From Bigelowiella natans CCMP2755 (taxonomy: Eukaryota; Protista; Cercozoa): DNA of 64,000 nucleotides. Both the position numbers and the translations under genes were made by a program. Position 1 is the stretch's first letter. Every line of letters begins with the position of its first letter. Shown here in pieces: positions 1 through 13,604 of the stretch. The stretch spans positions 310,001 through 374,000 of the forward strand of contig ADNK01000875.1 in the NCBI GenBank assembly GCA_000320545.1. Reading direction: 5' to 3'. The notes beneath the pieces were generated by a model that did no database searches, was not told where the DNA came from, and worked only from the letters and a program-made list of their open reading frames with translations.

Positions 1-734
1 CCCCGCCTCCTCGTCCTCTACCATCACCTTCTCGGCTGTTATCATATCGTCGTCGCCTAGTTTCTCTTCGATATGTCACCCTACTGCTGCTTCTTCTGCG
101 GCGCTGGAAACCGCCATTATTATTTCGGGAACTATGGTATGAGCTTGGCCCTCTCCGCCGGTCTACATGATCAAAATCTGAAAACAACATAATGTAGCGG
201 TTCGATCACATACATGTAGCTCTGCTGTCATTCAATAATAGCAAAGCTTTTGTTGGTCTTTCTCTCCCTCTTCACCACCTCTTTCGCGGTAGCCCTCTTG
301 CCCAGGAGTTGCTATTAATTGTTACAGATTTTTGACGCAACATTAAATCATATGAAATCACTCACTCTCAATCGTAGGCAAATGAAATCGAGAACAATTA
401 ACCACTACTACAAGTACTACTACTTCACACAGTACTAAGGAATGTGTTGATCGTGGCCAGGTCAGTCGCCGATGTCCTGCCGCGACATTTCCAATATGAA
501 AGAAAATACAAGGAAACAAAGAAAGAACATCAGAGATCGATAATAGAAGAAGCTCTAAAGCATGCACATCGATTCTCCCCCCTCTGGACTATTTCTTTTT
601 TACCTTCCGTGCAGGTATCGTTGGATGGAGCGCGCTGCTGCATAGTTGTTCCTGCACGTAATTAGTTATCAACGTTTAATCGTTCATTTAATTTTTTTAA
701 ATGATTCTCTCTCTCTCTCTTTCAAACTGTGTGT

Positions 735-772
<38 letters not shown>

Positions 773-1370
773 TTAGCCAATACCAACTAACCGTCCCCAC
801 TCCCCAGCCGCTAAATACTACCTGCCGATGATGCACAGTTTCATGCAGCCATCTGTCGTAGCCTTTTAGTAGATGAGAGGATGTGATAAAATAGTCGGAT
901 GTTACTGTGGGCGCGCGCGCGCGCGCTTGTGTGTCCCTGAACCATCATCCCAAATATATACGCACAGGCACTTCAAAACCAACTGCTGTTGTAACCATGA
1001 CAACCCGGTTTCAAAAATCATTAGTTCCAAACATCGAAGAAAAAAATATCTTTGCTGCTGAACAAATATACGACGGGTGGCGCGTGATAAGCAATCCATA
1101 TTGTACTACATTGGACGGGAAGAAGGAGAAGACTCTGAATCTACAAAACAACGTCAAAATCACGACAAAACCAACAGGGGAAAAGTGAATATAATGGAAT
1201 TAAGGTGCTTGGGTAGTACAAAAATGATGATATACAAATTCTAAAATACGCAATTATCACCTTTGGTCGAGGTCAATGAGATTCCTCGACTTCTTCCCCT
1301 TCACCAGGCCAACTGTAAGAATATAGTAACCAAAACGTACTTTGCGTTATTACACGAAGAGACAAGATAT

Positions 1371-1436
<66 letters not shown>

Positions 1437-1674
1437 TCTGTGTGGTGATGTAAATAGAGCATGCATACTGTCGTACTGTTGACTTCTAATATGCATTGCG
1501 GAGAACACAATACGACAACCTAGATCCGTAGGCACGTCCATCATCATAGACACTTCTTTTTCCGGAAGCTTCTCTAAACAGCTATTGAGGGGAAGGAACA
1601 GCATACATGCCGCCAGAAATTGCAAATAATAATCAGGAAGGAGAGTTCATAAATTAATGTTTACAATATAACAT

Positions 1675-1714
<40 letters not shown>

Positions 1715-3179
1715 GTGTGTGCGTGTGTGTGTGTAATAGCGTATATGCAAGATATTTATACTATCTTTGGTGCTCTCGAACAAAATTAGTGATAAGATTA
1801 TATCCCTTCCTTCAACACCGTAATCTGATAGTGTACCACGGTCTTACTCTAAATTGAAGCTAGCTGTGGGGACTTGCTTCAGGATTTCCATCAGAGCCTA
1901 ATTTGCATAGGACAGGTAGTTTTGAAGGGAGGAGGACGGAAATGAGTAGGCGGTCGGTTCTATGGTAAGAACAGAAAATGTATTATTTTAAAAATGGTGG
2001 TTCAGTACTCTTGATTTTTAATTTGGGCATAAGTGCGGATCTTTCTTGAAATATAACACGAGTTGCGCATGCATATTCGCACTGCCTGTTATTGTGCATG
2101 ATAGTAGGTGTAGTTACAACGACCTTAGCAACTTCGCGTTCGAGATAGTTCCCTTTTAGGGTCACATCACGATTTTCAATCGATAACGTGCAGCCGCTGC
2201 CATGAGAAATACACAAGTACAGTGTTAATATTCAACGCACATTCCATATGGTTGTAGGTAGGTGTATTATGAAGAAGATCCAAAGCTGATCAGTAAGGAG
2301 CAGCCAGTCAAGGGGAGAGGATGGTAACATTCTCAATACAACACCTTGCCCGCATTACGCGTCGCTTGGTATTCCCTGCCTTCCCGATGATATTTGCAAT
2401 TTCATAATCGCTCTTAAGTGTTACCTAGTGATTTTGCGATTCATAATCGTTCTTTGGTGTTACCCGGCATATATGAGAACGTAGAGATCGGAATTGATAG
2501 AGAGAAACGACTTTCCGATATATATATAGTACGAACGTACACATGTTGAGATATCGTTACATGGTGAAGGACAAGAGGATGGGAAAGTGTACAAAGGCAC
2601 CTACCGTCTCCAGATTATCTCGTTTGTTCCTACCTGAGTGATGAAGTGGAGGGGAAGATTTACATCGAAAATTTAACATTTAACTCTTGTTGCTTGGGCA
2701 CGCAACATTCCCCCAAAAGAATATTTGTCTGGAATGAAGGGAGAATTTGGCGTAATTTGTGTAACTATGAAATACTGCCACACAGCGTATAAGTTAAGAG
2801 GCTGCTACTACTACTGCTACTGCTGCTGCTGCTGCAATAGTTACCACCATCACTACTATTACTACTACTGTTGTTGTTATTATACCTTCGAACTGCTGTC
2901 CTGGCTGACCGCCGCTGGTATTGTCGTCGAGCAATGCGGCGCCTCCTTTCTGAGACCCAACATCAACGCCCACTCCAGAACCCAAAAAATCTTGAGTAAA
3001 TCCATGGTATATCTGGAAACGATGCGAGCGGAACTTCCCGTGGCCAGATCGATGATGCAGGCAGCACATTGAACCACCCAGAATAATGCCGGCCGCTGTG
3101 ATGACCCCTGATTAGCCAATATAGAGGCGAACAAGAGAAGGATAATGTGAAGTAGTGGATAGATGTATGGTTTCTCCAT
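1..3179 (-). CDS. Multi-exon KH-domain RNA-binding protein with N-terminal signal peptide and Arg/Gly/Ser-rich C-terminal region; 3' end runs off the window
   Basis: Exon 1 MEKPYIYPLLHIILLLFASILANQG has a hydrophobic leader. Later exons give NIIGKAGNTKRRV (KH GxxG loop), SGCTLSIENRDVTLKGNYLEREVAK and VGLVKGKKSRNLIDL (second, degenerate KH). The exon at 1-178 reads ...RRRRSSSRVTYRRETRRRRYDNSREGDGRGRGGG. Confidence 0.55.
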
Positions 3180-4269
3180 TTCAAGCTATTCTTTTCGCCA
3201 GAACCTAAAACGAGCCGCTGTCTCTGTGAAGGTCTCATAGTTGCATGAGGGTCCCGACCAACATTCTCGTTAAAGTGTTGCTTTTGTTTTTCCGCTTAGT
3301 AGCATCTGGCAAGAAAATACTATATAATTCCGACAATCAGCAAACATCTTCCCGAACATCTAACTGGTCATTTACGGCAAGGCTGAAGTTATGTCTTCAT
3401 CATATAAAATCATATAATTTTAAATTTTATTCAGTTTTCATTGGAAAAAGGCCAATTAAGTGGCCCATTGCAATTCTCGAATTCGTTTCGTTGCTAAAAC
3501 GGAGAAAATCTATTTTTGGATGTTGTACGTGTCATTATTTTAAGTTTCATTTGTTACTTAACAAATTTACTTCGACCTTTAATATTGTTAAAGACAAGAG
3601 AATTGGGAATATTATTATCAAAATTATAACATTATTTATCAAATTAGGTTCTATCATTGCATTATTCAGATATGAAAAAAGCTTATCCATCCACGAGAAA
3701 ACCGGATAAAACAGCAAAGGATTTGCGATTTTGTGAAAGATTGAATAAGCTTTAAATGAACTATACTTGGGATGAACAAATAATTTTGAAATATGTTTTA
3801 ACTGGTTATTTGAAAAAAAGATATCCTTAATCTTGTTTTTCATGATTTTTTAGGAGAATTATTCTTCGTAGATGATCAAGAATAAACCTTATTCACTTTT
3901 ATTCTTGTGATCACCATGGCAGGCGACGTCTGCAAAGAGTCGTCTGTGGTGCGGGTGAATCAGTAGTTAAATCAAAACTTCCATGCATATTTTTCACGAA
4001 TATGTCTCTTGAATCATGTCGTTATATTATAATTAACTTAAATTCCAAAATAAAACAGTAAAGGCAAACATATCGGGATTTATCGTTTTCATACTGACAG
4101 TTGGAGAAAGTTGAGACATAAATCCAATGATTTCCATTGATTTTAGGAAACTTCCATTATTATTCTTTGTCGTTGTCTAAATTTAGAAGATATCTTAGTC
4201 TTAGAGTAAAAAAACTACATCTGATATTGCGCACTCGTACCGACGAGACACGCAAAACCCAAACACAAA

Positions 4270-5505
4270 ATGAGTGAGGAGAAGAAGACCGACGCAGTTG
4301 TGCCTCGTAAAATCTGGTATGCCCCAAACAAGTTTGAGGCTTACGGAGAGGAGGAAATTAAGGCAGTTACTGATTGCCTACGAGCTGGATGGCTTGCACC
4401 TGGTCCAAGAACGGCTGAGTTTGAGGAAAAGGTATCCACGTTCTTTGGCAAAAAATTCGGTGTCTTCGTGAATAGTGGTTCCTCTGCGAATGTACTGGCC
4501 ATGCACATGGCAGGATGTAAAGAAGGAGATGAGGTTATTACCCCTTCTTGCACTTTCTCCACAGTTGTTGCACCAATGAAGCAGATGCGCATTAAGCCTG
4601 TGTTCTGCGATGTCGAGCTCTCTACCTTCGTCCCAACTGTTGATGCGGTACTGGCTTGCATTACGGAGAAGACCAAAGCTATTATGCTTCCCAACCTTGC
4701 AGGAAGCAAGCCTGACTGGAAGGCTCTCCGAGAACGTCTCCCTCGTCAGGACATTGTATTGATCGAAGACTCTTGCGACACCATGACCTACACTAAAGAA
4801 TCCGACATCTCCGTTATTAGCTTTTACGCAAGCCACGTTATGACCGCTGGTGGCGGTGGCGGAATGGTGATGTGTAACACCAAAAAGCAGAAAGATATGG
4901 CACTAATGTACCGTGACTGGGGCCGCATTGGAAACAACAGCGAAGACATGAGCAAGCGCTTCGCTCACGATGTCGATGGAATCAAATACGACTTCAAATT
5001 TCTTTACGGAGTTGTGGGTTACAACTTCAAGTCCACGGAAATGAACGCGGCTTTTGGTTTGGTGCAATTGAAGAAGCTGCCAAAATTCCTGGAGATCAGG
5101 CGTAAAAATGTGGCGCGATACTTGGAGAACCTCAAGGATACGCCACTCCGCCTCCCTAAAGATACCGAAGAAATTAACTGGCTCGCACTTCCTCTTCTTG
5201 CTCCTCCTGGAGAGCGTGTTGCTATCATGAACCACCTTGAAGATAACGGAGTTCAGACTCGTGTCTTCTTCGCTGGTAACATTACTCGTCACCCAGCTTA
5301 CCGTGAGTATTTGATCGAAACCCACAAAAACGCTGATATTATCATGCGTGACGTCTTCATGCTTGGCGCTCACCACGGTATTGGTCTGAAGCAAGTAGAC
5401 TACGTTTGCGATGTATTGAAGAGCTACTTCCAAAAGAAGAAGGATGGCACCCTCAAGACCTCGGCCCCAACTGGTGGCAACAAGGATGATGCTTGCGATT
5501 TCTAA
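4270..5505 (+). CDS. DegT/DnrJ/EryC1/StrS-family PLP-dependent enzyme, RfbH/DdhC/ColD-like NDP-4-keto-6-deoxyhexose 3-dehydratase; intronless, 411 aa
   Basis: Motifs VNSGSSANVLA, GDEVITPSCTFSTVVAP, LIEDSCD, SFYASHVMTAGGGGG, RDWGR, GYNFKSTEMNAAFGLVQLKKL and GVQTRVFFAGNITRHPAY. Confidence 0.92.
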   Translation: MSEEKKTDAVVPRKIWYAPNKFEAYGEEEIKAVTDCLRAGWLAPGPRTAEFEEKVSTFFGKKFGVFVNSGSSANVLAMHMAGCKEGDEVITPSCTFSTVVAPMKQMRIKPVFCDVELSTFVPTVDAVLACITEKTKAIMLPNLAGSKPDWKALRERLPRQDIVLIEDSCDTMTYTKESDISVISFYASHVMTAGGGGGMVMCNTKKQKDMALMYRDWGRIGNNSEDMSKRFAHDVDGIKYDFKFLYGVVGYNFKSTEMNAAFGLVQLKKLPKFLEIRRKNVARYLENLKDTPLRLPKDTEEINWLALPLLAPPGERVAIMNHLEDNGVQTRVFFAGNITRHPAYREYLIETHKNADIIMRDVFMLGAHHGIGLKQVDYVCDVLKSYFQKKKDGTLKTSAPTGGNKDDACDF

Positions 5506-6342
5506 TTCTCATACCCTTTTCGCCACTGCCAAGAAGAAGAAGAGAACAATGAAATCCTTCCTATGAAATCGAATAAGCATTTAAAGTTAAAATTTGATAG
5601 GACTGGATGTCAATGAAACTACGCGTTGTACTTTTATAGATACTTTTTAAATAGTTTGGTATGCATGATATGCAAAAGATAAGCTCATAAGTGAACACCA
5701 TGTTTCTCATTATTGCCAGCTAGCCAGCAATAACATGATGATCTAGAGATTTTGAGCTTCTTGTGCGAAAAATTGTAGCTTGACATCATAATATGGCATT
5801 TCGGAATCGTGTCACTGTCAATCGCTACAGCGCACGGTTGCAAGCTCGCTCTGTAGCTTAGATAGCTCGCTCGCACAAGTTTGGATAAAACTCATGAGGG
5901 CCGCTCGATCACATCTACGTACACATGCTAGCTAGCTAGTTGCATAGCATGTGAAGTTTTAGCATGCTATTACAATTTAGCTATCGATCTAGCTACATAT
6001 GCGCACGCAAAATTTATCTACAGCTCTTGTATACACATAGGCTATCTGTATAGCTCTAGATCTTATTTATATTGACATGCTGGAGCATTATTGCATGCAT
6101 CGCTGAAAACATCGATCTGTTTCGAAATCGAAGCTATAGCTCCATGCAATTTGATGGGGTCATATGATGTGCTTCTATACGATACATGTCTACGTACACG
6201 TGGTAATTGCTGTGCGTGTTTATATATCTTCTGCTATCTGCACGTACGTAAATGCAGCAGGTACGTATATCCATCGCGCATTATATGTCTAAAGAGATGA
6301 TCGAGAATTTTATGAACGATTGACGCGTGGCGGTGCTGTTGA

Positions 6343-6900
6343 TCATTTCCCTGCTCGTTTCTTTTTTGCATGTTCGGCGGCCAAATCGTCAAGCGATATT
6401 GCCCGTTGAGAAATGTTCTCAAACCCTAACAAACGAAATAGCATCATCAGGAACTGCATCAACACGGTAGATAGTGCACGCGCTTCATCAGTAATCAGCA
6501 ATAAGGATCTGAAGGCTTCTCGATACCAATATTCAAGCGAAGCAAGATTTTGTCAGCTTGTATTCGTTATTGTTATGAAAGAAGTATATTCCCCGAAACT
6601 AGTGCTCGATACTTGCAGGCGATGGAGAGGTGTTGCTATCCTCTCATCTATTGGATTTTGCTACCACTCACTCAAATGTGATCGATCGTCGTCTTAATAC
6701 TACTACTACTCCTTCAACTACTACCTGGTAGCCCCTTTTCTGCCAGTAGGCCCGCAGCAGAACCGAAACCACACAACCGAATATACTCTGCAGACTGCAA
6801 TGACAACAACAACAACAACAACAACAATTACAATTGTCGTCATGAAGATGGCGGTGTGGGAGGAGGAGGAGGAGGAGGAAAAGGGTAGATATGGCACATA

Positions 6901-6938
<38 letters not shown>

Positions 6939-9015
6939 TTGGTTGAGTAAATATGTTAAGTAATGTTGGGGATATAATATAATATATATATATATATATA
7001 TATATACGTAATTACTGAACATATATATACAAATATATATAATATTTCCCCATAGCAACCCCGCCCCTCTAGACAGGAGTTGTGGGGCTATCGAAGGAGA
7101 AAATTGGTTGAAAGGTAGCAGCAAGCAATTCTTTGATTCGTGGCGTTTACTTTTTTTTAATATCTCCCCCTCCACCCCTACCCCCACTTCATCCATCGAT
7201 CATTGTGCTGGCACTCACATCCTCGCCGCTCAAGATAAAGAGCAATTCTGACAAACATCTTTTAAGGTCCATACTGAACGAACAGACGTGCCTAACGATT
7301 ATGACAACGACAACGACGACGACGATGATGATGATGATGATGATGATGATGATAATGAAGGGGACAGTTTAAGGAAAGTCTATTTGTATATGGATAAAGA
7401 TGTATGCTTCTTATCACCACGAGCAACAACTTTCTCATCACATCGATGGAACTCCTCCACATGGCTGCTCAATACTACTTGTAATAACTGCAATGTGAAT
7501 GTGACTACTTTGTAAGAATGGATCGAAGATCCCACTCGCCTTCCGTATTCTTCAATGTCCTGGTAAAACTTATCATCACCATACGCCGCCGCAAAAAGAG
7601 ACTCCCAAAAACTAGTTGCAAGTAAATAAATTTAATAGGCGGAGAAATTAGATGCCAAGATTGAAATGACGAAACGCTTCATCATAACATCTCCCAACAA
7701 AGTGTATTCATCCCTCCTGAAGTCTGGAACAATAATGCTAAAGTGAAGAAGACAGCAGCATGCTGAATACTAAATTTCATCCTTAGCATAGAATCACCAC
7801 AATTCACTCACAACAACACCACCGGTGCAATCACTCTCAAACGTCAATATTTAATTCCGTTGATAGTTACCATCACTATACTTATTAAAATTAGTTATGT
7901 AATATATAATATTGATGGTGTTGTTGTTGTTAGTGTTGTCATTGCTGTTGCTGCTGATTAACCAACTACACCATACTTGAGATTCACGTAAGGAGGTGGT
8001 TCCATGTTTTTCTTCTTTTTCGATGACGATGATGACGAAGTATAGGTGCTAATGATAATGGAGGGGGAGGGAGGGGAAGAGAGGTAGACAAGGAAGGAGT
8101 AGGAGAACAACCCTTTATTCGTGCTCTCTTCTTTATATTCTATCCTTTCACCTCGATCATTTTCATTCTCACTACCATTATCCATTTTAATCGTGCATCT
8201 TCTGCTCATCATCGCAACATATCTCCCTCCCCCCGCCCCCCACTCCAACACCCTCACACTCACCTGGTCTCCTTACTCGCGTCTTTACCGAAGATGAATC
8301 GTTTCATGTGCCATCGTGCTGCTGCTGACTTCTTGCATAACTGTAGGATGATGATAGTGGTGAGTTGATGATGATGATGATGATGATGATCCTGCTGCTG
8401 ATGATGATAAACGATGATGATGATGATGATGATGACGATGATGATGGTCTTTCTTTAAGAGAGAAAATGACAAAACGAGCCGCTGTATTTGAACCGCCTT
8501 CGTGCATACCCAAAATATTATAGGAAAACAACATAAAATGCGCCCGCTGAACACAACGCAATAAGCTTATCGTCTCGTTCCTTTCTCCATCACCCCTCAG
8601 GAGGGTACAACATCTGCTGCTACTTATCATCATGCTGTTACTGTTTTGCCCTGCAGCTACTAGAAGCTTAGGCCATACAACTTAGAAGCTTAGGCCATAC
8701 AACATTAAACACCATCATTTTTACCACCACTACTACTACTAATTGTGCCCCGGCCTTCATCACTATCACGTCACTTTGTAGCATCAGCATTAGCAGCAGG
8801 AGCAACACCTTGAGTAGCGCAGTGAGGATTGGAAGCAGATGAGTCCGTGGGTTGGTAGGGTTGATCTTCGCCTAGAATATACAACAATATCACGCATTCG
8901 TATGCAGCATGTGCCATGATAACGTACGATTGCTACTGCTACTGCTACTACTACTACTACTACCTGCACGTCGAGCACTTGACAAAGTCCTTCAAATACC
9001 TTCGTGGTAGCCGTG

Positions 9016-9059
<44 letters not shown>

Positions 9060-9976
9060 CACATTATCATTCAGAGAAATATAGCAGCATGATGTACCTC
9101 TAAATACGTGATTCAAAGCTTCTGACATCTTACTCATGCTGCTTTCATTTTTGCCCCAGTCTCCCCCCCACCACCGTCACCCTCCCTTCTTTCTCTCTCT
9201 CTCGCTGCATATGTGTGTGTGTGTGTGTGTGTGTGTGTTTGTGTTTTGATGTAAGTATAGGCGCTTTGGTGTTGTTGTTGTTGTCGTTGTTGCCTGAGGG
9301 GATCCTGGAATTGGAAGCAGCCTTTCAGCCTAAAGAAGATGATGATAATTATGACGATAGTGATGATGTTGATGATAGCCGACTATTTACCAAACACCAA
9401 CGATGATGCACATGGTGCATACCAGCCAGCCAATGCAGTGTGAGCATAGCTACTATTGACTCTATTGTATATGCTGCAATCCGAACCTACCCCGCTGACG
9501 ATGAACATTTTCACGATATGTAGCTTGATGTCCTTGAGATCATCCCTATGTGGTTGGTTTGTATGAGATAATTATTGATGATTGATGATGATTAATGATG
9601 ATGATGATGATGGAGAAGAGGTCAAACGTGTGTGTGTATTTGTGTGTTTTGTGCGTGTTTGTGTATTTTTCGCACAAGCTTAAATATTGATATGAGGACG
9701 GCAAGGCAGGAGGATATGATGGAAGGGCGGGGGATGAAATCACGAAAAAAGAGAAGCAACAGTTTGGGTGCTGCTGCCTATTTCATGATATTATAATTAT
9801 TATTCTTATTCTTCAACTCTCTACACCGTACTACTTACAGGGGTCGTGGTTGTTTTGGCATCTCCCGCTAGAATGAGTGCCGCGGACGATGAGCAAGGTA
9901 AGAAGAATCACATGATGGCAATGACAATGACATTGATGATGATGATGATGCTATGATGATGATGATGATAATGATT

Positions 9977-10010
<34 letters not shown>

Positions 10011-10241
10011 GAGCATAATGTGGAGAATAATGCTTGCGTGCTTCCGACAATTTCTCTTTTTTTGGTGTTATTCCCTTCAATATATTCTTTTTTAATATCT
10101 AAATTCGACTGCAAACATCGATGCCTGATGATGATGTCTCACCTTCTTGCCTTCTTTCTTGATAGACGTTCCTTTCTGTAAGCAAGAGCATGATTAGAAA
10201 CACTGATCAAACCAAAGGCTCTCATCATTCCTCCCCACCCA

Positions 10242-10296
<55 letters not shown>

Positions 10297-10744
10297 TGCA
10301 TGCATGCATGCATATGAAGGGATAGGCGGAGGTTGTCTTGTTGCATTTCTTTCTCATCGATTGATCTTTGGGAATCTGCTAGCAATGATGCGCGTAGGAG
10401 CAATATAACAGCTACCTCCACGCGCTTCATTGCCTCATCCCACTCCCTTTCGTCTTCTTTGGTCAATTTACCTAGTACCAAGCAAGTAGTAAATCAAGCA
10501 GATGAGACACGACGCTCATGATGATAAACGAACACGACAAAGGCGAGGAGGACGGCATTGCACAATCACAGATTAAAATGCCAGCCTTGTGTTTGGATGA
10601 AGGTACACACAGCAGCGATGATAAATATCTGGAATGCGTCGTACGTGTTTTAGATGATGCCTGCGTTGTCTTTCCCTTCTTCCTTTCCTCTATTTTCTTA
10701 CGCTCTGCCTATTTATTTAGTAATATTTATATTCATATTTTTGT

Positions 10745-10779
<35 letters not shown>

Positions 10780-10871
10780 ACTCACATTCATTTACATCGA
10801 TCTGACGAAGATGTATTTGCATTAACGTGGTCTTACCACAACATAACAAAGAATTGAGGAGGAAATATTCA

Positions 10872-10914
<43 letters not shown>

Positions 10915-10942
10915 TAAGCCGGTGCGCACGGTTCGGTAAATA

Positions 10943-10983
<41 letters not shown>

Positions 10984-11372
10984 AAATTAGTATCAGAAAG
11001 AAAATAAAATTATGCACGCAGGGGGCGGACAGACAAACAGACAGGCAGCCATTGATGCATTCCCAACCCTTTTTCGCTGATATGATGATGATGATGAAGA
11101 AGAAGAAGAAGAGGAAGATGATGATGAAGATGAAGATGAAGATCATTATCCCCTTATTCCTCATCCGCCTTCTTTTTCTTCTTCTTTTCTTCTTCTTCTT
11201 CTTCTCTTCTTCTTCTTCTTCTTGCTTTTGTTGCTTTTCTTCTTTTCACCACCCTCCTCTTTCCTTCCTTCCTACTACCTCTAAGATGCTCTTGACTTCG
11301 CTCACAAGCTCGGGGTCCACTACTAATGCGAACTCCTTTTCCTAATTTTGCATCGTCGTGGCCCATACGTGC

Positions 11373-11413
<41 letters not shown>

Positions 11414-11866
11414 CACATTAAACTCGCAACACACATACCATCATCGTTCCAAAGGCAGGAGATTCACAATCATCGAATACGATTTTGAGCACAGATCGTT
11501 CAATTTTTACACCATCATCACTCACCTACCAAGCGAGGCGCTACATACGGAAGAATTGCATGATAAAATTGTTTGTATCCTTCTAGCTATGTGTTTGAGT
11601 GTGTTCCACCCACCCACCTCGTTATTGCTTTCAGCTTTCTGAGCGATGGCTAAGATGGGGGCAGCTTCCTCCTCAAAATCTTTCTCCTTGGCCCTTAAAG
11701 GTAGTAAGTAGTAATTGTGGTATAAGTAGTAGTAATAAGTAGTAGAAGTAGTAGTAGTAGTAGTAGGAAGAGGAGGAGGAGGAGGGTGAGAAATGAAAGA
11801 ATAACGATAGTAATTATGCTAGGAGCAGGAGAAGCAATAGTGAGTGAGTGGGGCAATATCTTCATA

Positions 11867-11928
<62 letters not shown>

Positions 11929-13556
11929 TTTCTCTCACTTTCTCTCTCTAACACCAAAGATAGGGCAGTAAACTTACAAGTCGCCAAAAGGGTCCTCAGC
12001 TGCACCCATTGCTAAGATCTCTGAGAAACGCTCCTTCAACATGCTTGGTGGTGGCCGAAGCAACCAAAGCAGGACCGGAGTATCAAGAGTCGGAGGAGGA
12101 GGAGGAGTATAAAAACACACAAAGAAATCGCATTCGCTCAGGGATCGCTTCGATTTGTGCCCGATACTCAACGTGTTGTCGCCCATGATTGCTTGCTATT
12201 GCTGGCGGTGTATTGATGTCATCATCATGTGATCTTCGGGTGCGGTGTCGTGTATATAAAGAAGGCGGTCGTTGCTTGTGCGGGAAACGACGTACAGAAA
12301 GGTAGCGGACGGCACAGCATCCTGCAAGTGGATATCCGGGCAGATGTAGCTCAGATTGAACAATGTCCGCAGGATTTCCGTGCACAGCATCCGAGTCATC
12401 TAGTTGTTCGTTGCAGCACAAAGCGGCATTGATGTTATCAACAGGTCGGAGCAGCATCTAATACAGCGGATTGCTATTTTGGGTGTAGTCGAATGAAAGG
12501 AGGAAGAAATGATGAGGAGTTGGTTCTTCAGTTTGTTCTCGCGAGCACCACCTTCTTGTCTTCGCTTCCATCTTCCATCACCGAACTAGGGGAGAGGCTC
12601 TGTAGCAGCTGCTCGGAGAGCATGGTGTACAGACAGGAGCTCCTGCCGCACATTAGCGATAGAAATCAAGGTGATATCATCGATATGAATACAAATTGTC
12701 ACAAAAGGTTGCCCCCCCCCATCATCACATACGACATCGCTCGATTGGCGGGCAACCACCGCAAAAACACGACTCCGCTGCATGATAAAGTACACAACAA
12801 TGAAACTTAGAACTAAGCGGGACATTCCCTCTGAACCTTCACACAAGACACGGCAATGATAAGAAGAATACTCCGCAATTTTTGGAATAATGACGATGTA
12901 CATGTACGATATCTGAATATGTTCAAGTACTTGTCCGAGGGCTGAAGCTTGCTCGACACGCTCTTGACGAGTACAAGGTAGAAGAGAATACGCATTAAAC
13001 AGTAATGCGCCCGTAACTGCTTCGACTTCGCATGGCTGCAATGATATGCAATATTAGCAAGGGGGGGAACATATGCTGACGATGATAATGATGATGGTGG
13101 TGGTGGTGATAATGGATGATCACATGCACGCAAGCAACAGGATAGCATGAGAATGATAGCTTCTCAAAAAAGGGGAGGGTAAGCTTCTACATGCCACTTA
13201 CTAAATAAGGTTCCTGATGAGAAAAGACACATTGACTGCTGCATCCTCCATGAGTTTGTTTGTTTTCAGCCGATCCACAACGAACATGTTGACCGTCAGA
13301 GCGTACGCCTTCCGATAGTTTAGAAGACATATCATCAGTTAAGTCTTGTTGCCAGCGATAGCATCATCATCAGCAACTGCTAAATGAGGTTTCGACCTGC
13401 TCTGTAGCTTCAAGAACTTTCTTGCTTTCTGGAGCGACTTTGAACACTGACATCAACGCCTCTACCGTCTTCTCGCATACAAGAACATACGTATTAGCTG
13501 CTCTAGCTACTTTGGATTATACCAATATCATTCAGTAAGTGACATTGTCCTAGATG

Positions 13557-13604
<48 letters not shown>

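Noticed and set aside
6377-6390. 14-mer GCGGCCAAATCGTC shared with about 49945
   Set aside because: No extended similarity, and the first copy probably lies in a coding exon; compatible with chance.
11868-11903. Long poly-C run as a G-quadruplex regulatory element
   Set aside because: An intronic homopolymer among many simple repeats; its length may also be a sequencing artefact.
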